From SAR324 cluster bacterium (GTDB lineage: Bacteria > SAR324 > NAC60-12), in NCBI GenBank assembly GCA_015232315.1, contig JADFZZ010000027.1:482-64481 (forward strand): DNA of 64,000 nucleotides, written 5' to 3'. Shown piece after piece: positions 27,080 through 36,413 of the stretch. A program made the translations under genes and the position numbers. The notes beneath the pieces were generated by a model. It was given only the letters and a program-made list of their open reading frames with translations, had not been told where the DNA came from and made no database searches. Each line of letters opens with the position of its first letter. Position 1 is the first letter of the stretch.

Positions 27080-28615
27080 ATGAAAATTCTGATTATTGAT
27101 GGGAGCCGTGTGGCTCGGACTTTTATCAAACGAGAGCTTTCGTCACTCCCGGATGCTCAGTTCTTTGAAGCGGAAAATGGAGAGGAAGGCTTCAACCAGG
27201 TTTTAAAGTATGTTCCTGATCTGATCACCATGGGACTCATCATGAAAGGCAATGACAACAACAGCCTGATCATGAAAATTCGTCACACCCCTGAATTGTC
27301 GCATATCCCCGTAATTGTGATCACCTCCAGCACAGAAGATGAAGCGATCAATCATGCCTTTGATGCCGGAGCCGCGGAAATTTTTTTCAAACCGTTTCCT
27401 GACGGGAAATTGATGAATTATGTCAAGACCATGTTCCGAAAGGAGCAGGATCTGACAAACATCAATATTCTGGTGGCGGATGATTCTTCCACGGTCCGTT
27501 CCATCATCCTCCGCACCTTGTCATCTGTAGGCGCGACTACCTTTGGCTGTGTCAACGGGGAAGAAGCCATCGAAATTCTGAATCGTCAACCCATTGATAT
27601 GATTATTTCCGATTATATCATGCCCAAAAAAGATGGCATTGAAGTCTGCAAATATGTTCGCACAGAACTCAATCGTGATGATATTCCGTTCATTCTGCTG
27701 ACTGCTGTAGGCGAACGTTCTGTGGTGCTGGACGCCCTGAATGCCGGAGCCAATGATTATCTGACCAAGCCTTTTTCAAGGGAAGAAATCATGGCGCGTA
27801 TCAAAAACCATGTGCGTATGATTCATTTCAACCGCAGGCTTCAACTGGAACTCGCCGAACGTAAAAAACGGGAACTTGCCATGATTTATGAACTGAATCA
27901 GGCCAGAGAAACCCAGAAAGTTTTGTTGCCCACCAAACTTCCTGAAATCCCGGGAGCCAGACTGGCGGCCAAGTATGTGCCGATGGACCAGATCGGTGGT
28001 GATTTTTATAATATTTTCCCGTTGGAAGATAACAGGTTCGGCATCATGATCGCGGATGTCACCGGGCACGGCGTTCCAGCGGCGCTGATCTCATTCATGG
28101 TGTCAGGGATCTTTACCAATAACGCTTTAACGGTTCCTTCTTCCACCAAACTGGTCATGGATCTCACCAATCATTATCTGCACGGAAAATTAAGAGATGA
28201 TAAATTTGCCACCATGTTTTACGCGATTTATGACGCTGATGAGCAATCACTCCTGTTCACCAATGCCGGACACAATGTCGCCTATGTTTTCCGTGGCGAA
28301 ACCGATGAGCATTTTGAGTTGGACACGGATGGAATTTTTCTGGGGCCATTCCCCAATGAAATCACCAATTACAAAGAAAAAGAATTTCAGTTCAATCCGG
28401 GAGACCGGTTGCTTTTGTATACCGACGCGATCATGGAAATTGCTGATGAGACAGGGGAAATGTTTGGCGAAGAACGGCTCCTTGCGTTGGTAAAGTCCAA
28501 CAAGGACACACCGCTGAATGAACTCCTGGACCTGATTTATGACGAATGCCTGCGATTTTCCGGAAGAGATGGCATGGCCGATGACTGTACCATGGTCGCC
28601 CTGGAAATTCTGTAG
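27080..28615 (+). CDS. Response regulator with two receiver domains and a C-terminal PP2C (SpoIIE/RsbU-type) phosphatase domain
   Basis: REC1 (ILIIDGSRVART…), REC2 (ILVADDSSTVRS…D…K), then 'GGDFYNIF…ADVTGHGVPAAL…YTDAIME…DDCTMVAL'. Confidence 0.85.
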   Translation: MKILIIDGSRVARTFIKRELSSLPDAQFFEAENGEEGFNQVLKYVPDLITMGLIMKGNDNNSLIMKIRHTPELSHIPVIVITSSTEDEAINHAFDAGAAEIFFKPFPDGKLMNYVKTMFRKEQDLTNINILVADDSSTVRSIILRTLSSVGATTFGCVNGEEAIEILNRQPIDMIISDYIMPKKDGIEVCKYVRTELNRDDIPFILLTAVGERSVVLDALNAGANDYLTKPFSREEIMARIKNHVRMIHFNRRLQLELAERKKRELAMIYELNQARETQKVLLPTKLPEIPGARLAAKYVPMDQIGGDFYNIFPLEDNRFGIMIADVTGHGVPAALISFMVSGIFTNNALTVPSSTKLVMDLTNHYLHGKLRDDKFATMFYAIYDADEQSLLFTNAGHNVAYVFRGETDEHFELDTDGIFLGPFPNEITNYKEKEFQFNPGDRLLLYTDAIMEIADETGEMFGEERLLALVKSNKDTPLNELLDLIYDECLRFSGRDGMADDCTMVALEIL

Positions 28616-28622
28616 AGATCCT

Positions 28623-29435
28623 ATGTCCACATCCGTAACATGGCTGGGTACTGCCAGCCTTGAAATTCAATACAACGAACAGCTTGTCCTGCTTGATCCG
28701 TATCTTTCCAGATTGAATAAATGGAAGGTCGCATTTTGTAAACTGCATCCGGACACCGATAACATCACCCGCTATCTGGGGCAACTTCCATCGTCACCTT
28801 CAGCCTTGATTGTCACGCATACCCATTTTGATCATGTGCTGGATATTCCGTCACTGCTTCCGCATATTCAGGGACCTGTGGTTGGCTCTGACAGTCTCGC
28901 CACTATCCTGGAAATGGTGGAGGCCTATGACCGTGTGACCATTTGCCATGGAAATGAAACATTGGCTCTGACCAATGACATCACTGTGACCATGATTCGA
29001 TCCCGACATGGACTGGTGATTCTGGGTAGAGTTCCCTATCCGGGTGAAAATATTCCGGCAAATCTTCCCTGGAGAACCAGAGATTATCGTCATGGGTTGG
29101 TTTTCATTCCGAAAATTGTGATGCCGGAACTGACGCTCATGGCTGTGAGTTCCGCACATTTCATCCCGGAAACGCTGGAGGGGCATCGCTGTGATGTTCT
29201 GTTTCTATGTGTTCCCGGCTGGAAACGTGTTGCGGAGTATCCTCAAAAGCTGATTGAGATCGTTCAACCTCAGGTTGTCATCCCGATTCATTTTGATGAT
29301 TTCACAAAACCTGTTCAGGGAAAAACACCCATGCTGCCCAAACAGGATCTGGAAGGATTTACCACAATAATCCGTAAATCTTTTCCGAAGATTGACCTCA
29401 AAATTCCAGAAATTGGCATTCCACTGAAATTCTAA
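28623..29435 (+). CDS. MBL-fold metallo-hydrolase
   Basis: 'THTHFDHV' metallo-beta-lactamase His motif. Start taken at the internal ATG (MSTSVTWLG…) 8 nt after the upstream stop. Confidence 0.7.
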   Translation: MSTSVTWLGTASLEIQYNEQLVLLDPYLSRLNKWKVAFCKLHPDTDNITRYLGQLPSSPSALIVTHTHFDHVLDIPSLLPHIQGPVVGSDSLATILEMVEAYDRVTICHGNETLALTNDITVTMIRSRHGLVILGRVPYPGENIPANLPWRTRDYRHGLVFIPKIVMPELTLMAVSSAHFIPETLEGHRCDVLFLCVPGWKRVAEYPQKLIEIVQPQVVIPIHFDDFTKPVQGKTPMLPKQDLEGFTTIIRKSFPKIDLKIPEIGIPLKF

Positions 29436-29504
29436 TTCCTGTTGAACCGGGGAATCATCGGATCTTATTTAATTTTCAATCCCAGACTTCTTATTCGTTG
29501 GCCT

Positions 29505-29631
29505 GGGCTGTTCACTTCTATGGTAGGACGGGACTACGTGCCCGTCAAAAATACGATTTTGGCGTTTGCGGGGCATGTAATCCCCGCCTACCATCCGGTT
29601 GACGCTCAAAACAAGGAGAAATGAACAGCCC
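29505..29631 (+). ncRNA. Candidate structured 5'-leader RNA (riboswitch-like) upstream of modABC. Moco/Wco riboswitch is the obvious hypothesis, but I cannot verify it without a covariance-model search
   Basis: 10-bp closing stem GGGCTGTTCA…TGAACAGCCC encloses an inner helix ATGGTAGG/CCTACCAT and two 6-bp GC hairpins (GACGGG…CCCGTC; GCGGGG…CCCCGC). AAGGAG plus ATG of an 8-codon uORF sit at the 3' side of the closing stem. Lies 36 nt upstream of modA. A second copy, ~94% identical, is at 50283-50409. Confidence 0.5.
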
Positions 29632-29666
29632 TGATATGTTGGCGTGAAAACAAACCAGGAGACATC

Positions 29667-30437
29667 ATGAAGAGAACACGATTTTCTCTTGTAACCTTGC
29701 GCGTGCTGGCGTTCGCCGGACTCGTGCTGTTGTGCAACCGACCGGCTTATGCCGACGAGCTACGAGTTGCGGTAGCGAGTAACTTCTCTGACGCAATCAA
29801 AGAGATCGCTCAGGCCTTTGAGAAAAAAACTGACCACCAGATCACGCTGGCTTTCGGATCAACCGGGAAGCACTACGCGCAGATCAAGAACGGAGCACCG
29901 TTTCATGCCTTTTTCGCTGCCGATGTCGAACGACCGAAGTTGCTTGAAGAGGAGGGTGTCGCACAGCCGGACAGCCGCTTCACCTATGCTGTCGGCAAGG
30001 TGTTGCTGTGGAGTCCGACTGAGGATTTGGTGGATGCCAGAGGTGAGGTGCTGAACAGTGGCCGGTTTCGCTACCTGGCTCTGGCGAACCCGAAACTCGC
30101 ACCCTACGGAAATGCGGCGGAGCAGGTGCTCCAGGCAAAAGGAGCCTGGGAAACCCTGCAAAACCGGATGGTGCGCGGCGAAAATATCGGCCAGACCTAC
30201 CAGTTTGTCATAAGCGGTAATGCTGAATTGGGATTCGTCGCCCTCTCGCAGGTCAAGAAACCGGGTGCTACCATCACAGGCTCTTACTGGGCGCCGCCTC
30301 AATCGTTCTATGACCCTATCGAGCAACAGGCCGTGTTATTGAAAAATAATGTTGTGGCACGTGATTTTCTGAGTTTCGTCAGGAGCGAACCGGTGCGCAA
30401 AATCATTCAAAACTATGGTTACGGGACACCTGAATGA
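29667..30437 (+). CDS. modA: Molybdate/tungstate ABC transporter periplasmic substrate-binding protein
   Basis: Signal peptide plus the ModA-family fold, first gene of an ABC operon with ATGA-overlapping downstream genes. Confidence 0.85.
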   Translation: MKRTRFSLVTLRVLAFAGLVLLCNRPAYADELRVAVASNFSDAIKEIAQAFEKKTDHQITLAFGSTGKHYAQIKNGAPFHAFFAADVERPKLLEEEGVAQPDSRFTYAVGKVLLWSPTEDLVDARGEVLNSGRFRYLALANPKLAPYGNAAEQVLQAKGAWETLQNRMVRGENIGQTYQFVISGNAELGFVALSQVKKPGATITGSYWAPPQSFYDPIEQQAVLLKNNVVARDFLSFVRSEPVRKIIQNYGYGTPE

Positions 30438-31114
30438 TCAATGAACACGATCTGACGGCGCTCGCCACTTCGCTAAAGCTGGCGGCAGTCACCACACTGA
30501 TTCTGTTGATGATTGGCACGCCCATCGCCTGGTGGCTGGCACGCAGCCGTTGGCGTTTCAAGTTTCTGCTGGAGGCCGTAGTAGCGCTTCCGCTGGTGTT
30601 GCCGCCGACCGTGCTCGGCTTCTATCTGCTGGTCGCACTGGGTCCACACGGACCAATTGGCAGACTCATGGAGATGCTGGGTGGCCGCCCGCTGGCTTTT
30701 ACCTTTACAGGGCTGGTTATCGGGTCGGTATTCTATTCCATGCCCTTCGTCATCCAGCCTCTGCAGGATGCCTTTACCACCGTTGGCCGCAGGCCATTGG
30801 AAGTGGCCGCCACCCTGCGGGCCTCGCCCCTGGATCGTTTTTTCACCGTTGCTGTGCCACTGGCCCGTCCCGGCTTTTTGACCGCCGCCGTTCTTGGCTT
30901 CGCGCACACCCTGGGGGAATTCGGCGTAGTGCTGATGATTGGCGGGAATATCCCGGGCCAAACGCAAGTGATCTCCATTGCCATCTATGATCATGTGGAA
31001 GCGCTGGAATATACCAAGGCGCACTGGATTTCCGGTGGGCTGCTGCTCCTTTCTTTCTCTCTGTTGATGGTAGTCTATGTCGTCAATAAACGTTTCACGG
31101 CGATACAATCATGA
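30434..31114 (+). CDS. modB: Molybdate ABC transporter permease
   Basis: 5-6 TM helices with the ABC permease EAA-like loop (…LGEFGVVLMIGGNIPG…). ATGA overlaps on both sides. Confidence 0.85.
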   Translation: MINEHDLTALATSLKLAAVTTLILLMIGTPIAWWLARSRWRFKFLLEAVVALPLVLPPTVLGFYLLVALGPHGPIGRLMEMLGGRPLAFTFTGLVIGSVFYSMPFVIQPLQDAFTTVGRRPLEVAATLRASPLDRFFTVAVPLARPGFLTAAVLGFAHTLGEFGVVLMIGGNIPGQTQVISIAIYDHVEALEYTKAHWISGGLLLLSFSLLMVVYVVNKRFTAIQS

Positions 31115-32178
31115 CTATCGAAGCACGTTTCAGGATTGACCGGGGGAATTTCTTGCTGGATGTGGATCTCGCAATCCCCAGGCGCGGTGTCACGGCACTG
31201 TTCGGACCTTCCGGCTGCGGCAAGACCACGTTGCTACGGGCCATCGCTGGATTGGAGCGATCGCCGGGCGGTTATCTCAAGGTTGGCGACGCAATATGGC
31301 AAGACCCCGGGCAATTCCTGGCACCGCATCGCCGACAACTTGGATATGTTTTTCAGGAACCCAGCCTGTTTGCGCATCTCGATGTTCGGCGCAATATTGA
31401 ATACGGTCTCAAGCGTCTTGAAGCCCGACAACGAAAGGTGTCGCTCGAACGCGCGGTTGAACTACTGGGTATCGGGCACCTGCTTGAGAGTAGACCTCAT
31501 CAGTTATCCGGAGGTGAGCAGCAACGCGTTGCCATAGCCCGTGCACTGGCAGTCAGCCCCGCCATGCTGTTGCTCGATGAACCTCTGGCCGCACTCGACA
31601 CGCAACGCAAACAGGAGATTCTGCCTTATTTGGAATCACTGCACCGTGAGTTAGAGATCCCGGTGCTTTACGTCAGCCATTCCCGCCAGGAAGTCGCACG
31701 ACTGGCAGATCATATGGTGCTGTTGGCGGAGGGGCGGGTCAAGGCTTCAGGGCGGGTTAATGAACTGTTCTCCCGTCTCGATCTGGCATTGGCTCACGAA
31801 CCAGATGCGGAGACGGTGATCGACGCCGTGGTCGCTGGACACGATAAGGCCTACGGCCTCACGTACATCGATTTTCCCGGTGGTCGATTCGCCGTAACAG
31901 GCAAACCGTTCCCCGTAGCAAGTCAAGTGCGTCTCCAGGTATTGGCCCGGGATGTTAGCCTTACCCTGGAACCACAGAGCAAAACCAGCATCCTCAATAT
32001 CTTCCCGGCCACAGTGGAGCAACTTGCGGAGGAGGGCGAAGCACAGATCACTGTACGCTTGAATGTGGGCTCCGTCCCCTTGTTATCGCGAATTACCCGC
32101 AAATCTACTGATGATCTCGGTCTGAAACCGGGAGTGGCGGTGTACGCTCAGGTGAAGAGTGTCGCTTTGTTGATGTGA
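31111..32178 (+). CDS. modC: Molybdate ABC transporter ATP-binding protein with C-terminal TOBE/MOP domain
   Basis: Walker A 'GPSGCGKTT', signature 'LSGGEQQRVAIARAL', Walker B 'LLLDEP', and a C-terminal ~120-aa molybdate-binding-like domain. Confidence 0.85.
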   Translation: MTIEARFRIDRGNFLLDVDLAIPRRGVTALFGPSGCGKTTLLRAIAGLERSPGGYLKVGDAIWQDPGQFLAPHRRQLGYVFQEPSLFAHLDVRRNIEYGLKRLEARQRKVSLERAVELLGIGHLLESRPHQLSGGEQQRVAIARALAVSPAMLLLDEPLAALDTQRKQEILPYLESLHRELEIPVLYVSHSRQEVARLADHMVLLAEGRVKASGRVNELFSRLDLALAHEPDAETVIDAVVAGHDKAYGLTYIDFPGGRFAVTGKPFPVASQVRLQVLARDVSLTLEPQSKTSILNIFPATVEQLAEEGEAQITVRLNVGSVPLLSRITRKSTDDLGLKPGVAVYAQVKSVALLM

Positions 32179-32232
32179 GCATTGAGTGACTGTTTGAATT
32201 GCGACTGCGGCATATTGATGGAAAACGCGGCA

Positions 32233-34506
32233 CTACACCGTTTTTTCTTTTTCAACTTTTTCATATTGGCTGACAAAATCACGCAGACGGTCCTGAAATT
32301 TTTTGAACTTTTTGTAAAGTTCCGGTGGGAAACTCTCGATCACATCAATCATTGCCTGAAATACCAGGGGCCTGAGCTGACTGGCAATTTCAATATTTTC
32401 CAGTTCATACCTGGTTTTATTCACTGTTCTGGAAAAATCCACATTTTGTGAAGTTCCTGTATAAATTTTGATGGGATTGGTTCGATATAGCTGAAAATAA
32501 GGAACCGGTTGAGCATATTTATCAAAGGGAGCTTTGCCCAACACCAGAAACTGATCTTTGCCTGTTTTCAGATAGATGCCAATCTCGTCCAACTCTTTCA
32601 TGGACTCCCGACCTGACATCTTGACCGTAATTTTATGGGTCACAAGCCTGGCATAGCCAAGATCCGAATAATAATCGAGGGCCGCTTTGACACAATTGAT
32701 ATAATCGTCATACAGATAGAGTTTCAGACTGGCCTGATCAAAGAAGTTTTTTTGTAGATTCGGGATCTTGGGTTCATAGATGGTGCTTTTGAATTCCCGA
32801 CCATAGCCATACCAGTCTGCTGACACCGGATCGAGCGTTTTTGCCAGATGTTCCATTTCGTCCAGTTCATTCTTTTGCGGTTTGAGCGCGGATTCCGGCT
32901 CATCCGGAAAAATTTTGAATTTCTGAACCAGCCTGGTTAAGGTGTTCATGAATCCCGAAAGTCTGGAACCTTTTTCTTTGACATCATCCATATGCACCTG
33001 GACGGTCCTGGCCATGTTGTCTTTTTCAGTTTGATTGTCGCTTTCCAGATCAGCGGTTCTAAGTCCTGTGGCGGGAGGTAGCTGATTGTCCTGGATCTGC
33101 CGGGCTTTACGTGCGGATGTGATGCTTTTATGAACGGCGGCGGCCAGCGTGGTCAACTGATTGAATGTCAAGCCCTCCAGCCATTCTTTTTCAGCGGTTC
33201 TTGCCTGCTGAAGCAGGGGTTCCTTGACAGATTTATAGTTTTGCGGAGATTTCAACAGGGAATAATGGGTTGATTTCATTTCCAGTTGTGCCGGAAACTG
33301 CTGATCCGAGGCATTCAGTTTCTTGAACAGTTCTCTTGCCTGCTGATAGGCATCGACTTTGAAAATAGCATACTGCGGTGTTGTTGACACACCTTTGGTG
33401 ATATTACGACAGTCCTGTTCATAGAGTGTATCGGTCAGCCACCAGGCGAGATATCGATGTTTCCAGCGAAGGTACAGGAGGATATGCGGATTTCCGAGTA
33501 ACCAGTAAATCAGTTCCCTGTAACGTTCGGACAGCAGGGCCAGGTTCAGATTTTCACCAAACAAGGGCGATTCAAGAGACATGAGCTGTACCGTATTTCC
33601 ATAAAGCGTTTTACGGCTCCAGGTCATGGAAGACTGAATGGATCTGGGCAGGAGATTTTTGATTTTTTTAAGTGATTCTTCTGCCTGAGCCACCAGGTTT
33701 TCCCTGTTTTTTTGTGCGTCTGCGGGCGCCAGCGAAGTGAAAAGTTCCGTGTTTTCCAGAATACTGCGAGTCACCCGGTATGTACTCAGGGCCTTCGAAG
33801 CGTAAATCCTGACAATTTTCTCCTTAACCTTGATATCCCCGGTGAATAACAGCTTCAATTTTGTCAGCATTTCCTCGGGATCGTTGAAAAAAGAGAAGAT
33901 TTTTTGAATTTCATGAAGCTGATCTTTGGGCAGTTGATCCAGATATTCCTGTAGAAACTCACATAAAATCACCGCCTCCTTGACGCTGTAAAGCCCGAAA
34001 ACCAGCCCTTCTTCAGTGGTGATGTCAGGCATACCCGCATCGGCCATGCCCTCAGACTCATCAGAAATCTGTGTCATGAAATAATCTTCAAGTTCCCGAA
34101 AATAATCATGAGCTTTTGCCATGAAGGGACGATCATCCGCCTCACTCAGGTCCGCTTCAACCTGTTCCAGATTTTCCGTTAAGGGCGAAACGGATTCAGT
34201 CTCAAGGTCTTCAGCTTCTTCGAAATAAGTGGTTTCTGTGTCCGCCTGTGTATCTTCTGCTGGCGTTTCATGATCCGCGTCCCAGGAGCCTGACTCAAAG
34301 TCATGATCTGATTCCAGCTCATGACCACTTTTATCTGCCGGAGTTCCTTTGACTTGTAGCGAATCATCTTCCGAGAAGGACAGGTCTTCAGCATCTTCAG
34401 CACTGTCATGCGTCTGATGAATCCCTGTACTGTTTTCATTGGGTTCATTTTTTTGGGAAATAATAATCACTTCCTCGTCTTTTTTATTGCGGATGTATCG
34501 TGTCAT
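32233..34506 (-). CDS. Large hypothetical protein (~757 aa) with a highly acidic N-terminal ~150 aa; co-transcribed downstream of proS
   Basis: Long ORF whose ATG lies 2 nt after the proS stop (the annotated TTG overlaps it). I recognise no domain. N-terminus rich in D/E/S/T (…SEDDSLQVKGTPADKSGHELESDHDFESGSWDADHETPAEDTQADTETTYFEEAEDLE…). Confidence 0.6.
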   Translation of the reverse strand: MTRYIRNKKDEEVIIISQKNEPNENSTGIHQTHDSAEDAEDLSFSEDDSLQVKGTPADKSGHELESDHDFESGSWDADHETPAEDTQADTETTYFEEAEDLETESVSPLTENLEQVEADLSEADDRPFMAKAHDYFRELEDYFMTQISDESEGMADAGMPDITTEEGLVFGLYSVKEAVILCEFLQEYLDQLPKDQLHEIQKIFSFFNDPEEMLTKLKLLFTGDIKVKEKIVRIYASKALSTYRVTRSILENTELFTSLAPADAQKNRENLVAQAEESLKKIKNLLPRSIQSSMTWSRKTLYGNTVQLMSLESPLFGENLNLALLSERYRELIYWLLGNPHILLYLRWKHRYLAWWLTDTLYEQDCRNITKGVSTTPQYAIFKVDAYQQARELFKKLNASDQQFPAQLEMKSTHYSLLKSPQNYKSVKEPLLQQARTAEKEWLEGLTFNQLTTLAAAVHKSITSARKARQIQDNQLPPATGLRTADLESDNQTEKDNMARTVQVHMDDVKEKGSRLSGFMNTLTRLVQKFKIFPDEPESALKPQKNELDEMEHLAKTLDPVSADWYGYGREFKSTIYEPKIPNLQKNFFDQASLKLYLYDDYINCVKAALDYYSDLGYARLVTHKITVKMSGRESMKELDEIGIYLKTGKDQFLVLGKAPFDKYAQPVPYFQLYRTNPIKIYTGTSQNVDFSRTVNKTRYELENIEIASQLRPLVFQAMIDVIESFPPELYKKFKKFQDRLRDFVSQYEKVEKEKTV

Positions 34507-34508
34507 GT

Positions 34509-35948
34509 TCAATACGCTATGGCAAAAATGGCTTCCTGTTTAGAGGGTTCACCCGTCACGATGCATTTGCCTGGAACAGGTTGCTCTGTGAAGGGCAGGC
34601 AACGAATTGTGGCTTTTGTTTCCTCTTTTATTTTTTCTTCAATCGCACTGGAACCATTCCAATGCGCGCGGATGAATCCTCCCCGGGAGTCGATGACCTG
34701 TTTGAATTCATCGTAACTGCTGACAGTATGGGTGTTTTCCTGCCGGAATGTCATGGCTCGCTGATAAAGATTGTGGTGAATTGCTTCCATCAGTTCCTTG
34801 ACTTTGTCAGCAATGGCGTCCAGGGGAACGGAAACTTTCTCCCGTTTGTCACGACGGGCAATCATGCCTGCCTGTTTTTCAACATCACGAGGCCCTATTT
34901 CGATCCGTAAGGGAACACCTTGCTGGATCCAGTGGAAGAACTTGTCAGCCGGACGTAAATTATCACGGGTGTCCACTTTGACTCTCAGTTTGTCCAGCAC
35001 TCCATGCAATCGCTGTGCGACAGCATCCGCAAATTCAAGGGTTTTGGCTTTTTCTTCATCATTGGTGAAAATTGGCACAATCACCACCGCAACAGGCGCG
35101 ATTCTGGGGGGGACGATCAATCCGTCATCATCGCTATGGGTCATGATCAACCCGCCGATCATCCGGGTGGAACAGCCCCAACTGGTGGTCCAGGCATACT
35201 GCTGCTGGTTTTCCCGATCCAGATACTGAATATTGAACGCCTTTGCGAAATTTTGTCCCAAATTGTGGGAAGTTGCGCTTTGCAGAGCTTTCCCATCCTG
35301 CATCATGGCTTCAATCGTATAGGTTGAAACCGCTCCCGGAAATTTTTCAGATTCTGATTTTTGCCCCTTGATGACAGGAATTGCCAGATATTCTTCCTGA
35401 AACTGGCGATAGATTTCCAGCATACGCAACGTTTCCTCCTGTGCTTCCTCAAAGGTTTCGTGCGCAGTGTGTCCTTCCTGCCATAAAAATTCAGAAGTTC
35501 GTAGAAACAAGCGGGTACGTTTTTCCCAACGCATCACGTTGCACCATTGATTGATCAGAACTGGCAGGTCCCGGTAACTGCCAACCCATTGGGAATACAT
35601 GTGGCCGATGACGGTTTCAGAGGTTGGGCGGATCATCAGTGGTTCTTCAAGTTTTTTGCCGCCGCCATGGGTCACGACCGCACACTCCGGACTGAAACCT
35701 TCCACATGCTGGGCCTCTTTTTCCATAAAACTTTGAGGAATCAGCAACGGAAAATAAGCATTCACATGGCCTGTTTCCTTAAACATCCGATCAAGTTGTG
35801 CCTGCATGGATTCCCAAAGCGCATACCCTGTGGGGCGAATCACCATGCATCCTTTGACCGGGGCATAATCGGCAAGTTGTCCGGCGTTGATCACATCAAG
35901 ATACCACTGTGAATAATTTTCTTTACGCGGGGTAATGTTTTTGGCCAT
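34509..35948 (-). CDS. proS: Proline--tRNA ligase (archaeal/eukaryote-like ProRS type)
   Basis: Class II aaRS motifs and the YAWTTSWG…ProRS signature. ATG at 35948 with a GGAG Shine-Dalgarno. Confidence 0.9.
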   Translation of the reverse strand: MAKNITPRKENYSQWYLDVINAGQLADYAPVKGCMVIRPTGYALWESMQAQLDRMFKETGHVNAYFPLLIPQSFMEKEAQHVEGFSPECAVVTHGGGKKLEEPLMIRPTSETVIGHMYSQWVGSYRDLPVLINQWCNVMRWEKRTRLFLRTSEFLWQEGHTAHETFEEAQEETLRMLEIYRQFQEEYLAIPVIKGQKSESEKFPGAVSTYTIEAMMQDGKALQSATSHNLGQNFAKAFNIQYLDRENQQQYAWTTSWGCSTRMIGGLIMTHSDDDGLIVPPRIAPVAVVIVPIFTNDEEKAKTLEFADAVAQRLHGVLDKLRVKVDTRDNLRPADKFFHWIQQGVPLRIEIGPRDVEKQAGMIARRDKREKVSVPLDAIADKVKELMEAIHHNLYQRAMTFRQENTHTVSSYDEFKQVIDSRGGFIRAHWNGSSAIEEKIKEETKATIRCLPFTEQPVPGKCIVTGEPSKQEAIFAIAY

Positions 35949-36148
35949 ACGAACACACTCCAAGGGGTTTGAAAAAATAATAAAAGGATTGAATTTCAGG
36001 ATTTTCCAAGCCAGACACTACTAGTCACATTTTATAGTCTCAAGCTCTTTGTTAGCAGGCAAAAACCCTCAACAGGGTCAGATGCCGTTGATTCTGAGGG
36101 AGAAAATAATCTTGATAACGCAAGGAACACTTATTATGGTCAACAGAC

Positions 36149-36324
36149 TTTTATAACGTGAGTTCGGAATAAGGATTATCATGGAATAGACATCCCCCTA
36201 ACCCCCTTCCAAGGGGGAATTATGAAGCAATCCACCGAGAGAATCCCCCTTTGAGGGAGGCTTGGGGGGGGGCAATGCGGATTTAATTCGCTTTAATTTC
36301 TTATCCCGAACTCACGTTTTATAA
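36149..36324. repeat. MITE-like element: family-A 'CCCCC/GGGGG' core modules flanked by a distinct ~25-bp imperfect inverted repeat
   Basis: CTTTTATAACGTGAGTTCGGAATAAG … CTTATCCCGAACTCACGTTTTATAA bracket the core 'CATCCCCCTAACCCCCTTCCAAGGGGGAATT…AATCCCCCTTTGAGGGAGG'. Lies in the divergent proS/bactofilin promoter region. Confidence 0.45.
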
Positions 36325-36413
36325 TAAAAAAACCGTGGTTTTCATGAATGTTTGTTTCAACGGATGGAATGAAACATTTTTTTAATTTTTTCAGTCAAAT
36401 CAAGGAGACCCCC

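Noticed and set aside
30473-31108. Several long ORFs on alternative frames and the opposite strand inside modB (30473..31108-, 30532..30990+, 30657..30881+, 30733..30984-)
   Set aside because: They lie entirely within the well-supported modB CDS in a GC-rich segment where stop codons are rare. They have no Shine-Dalgarno or start context and no recognisable motifs.
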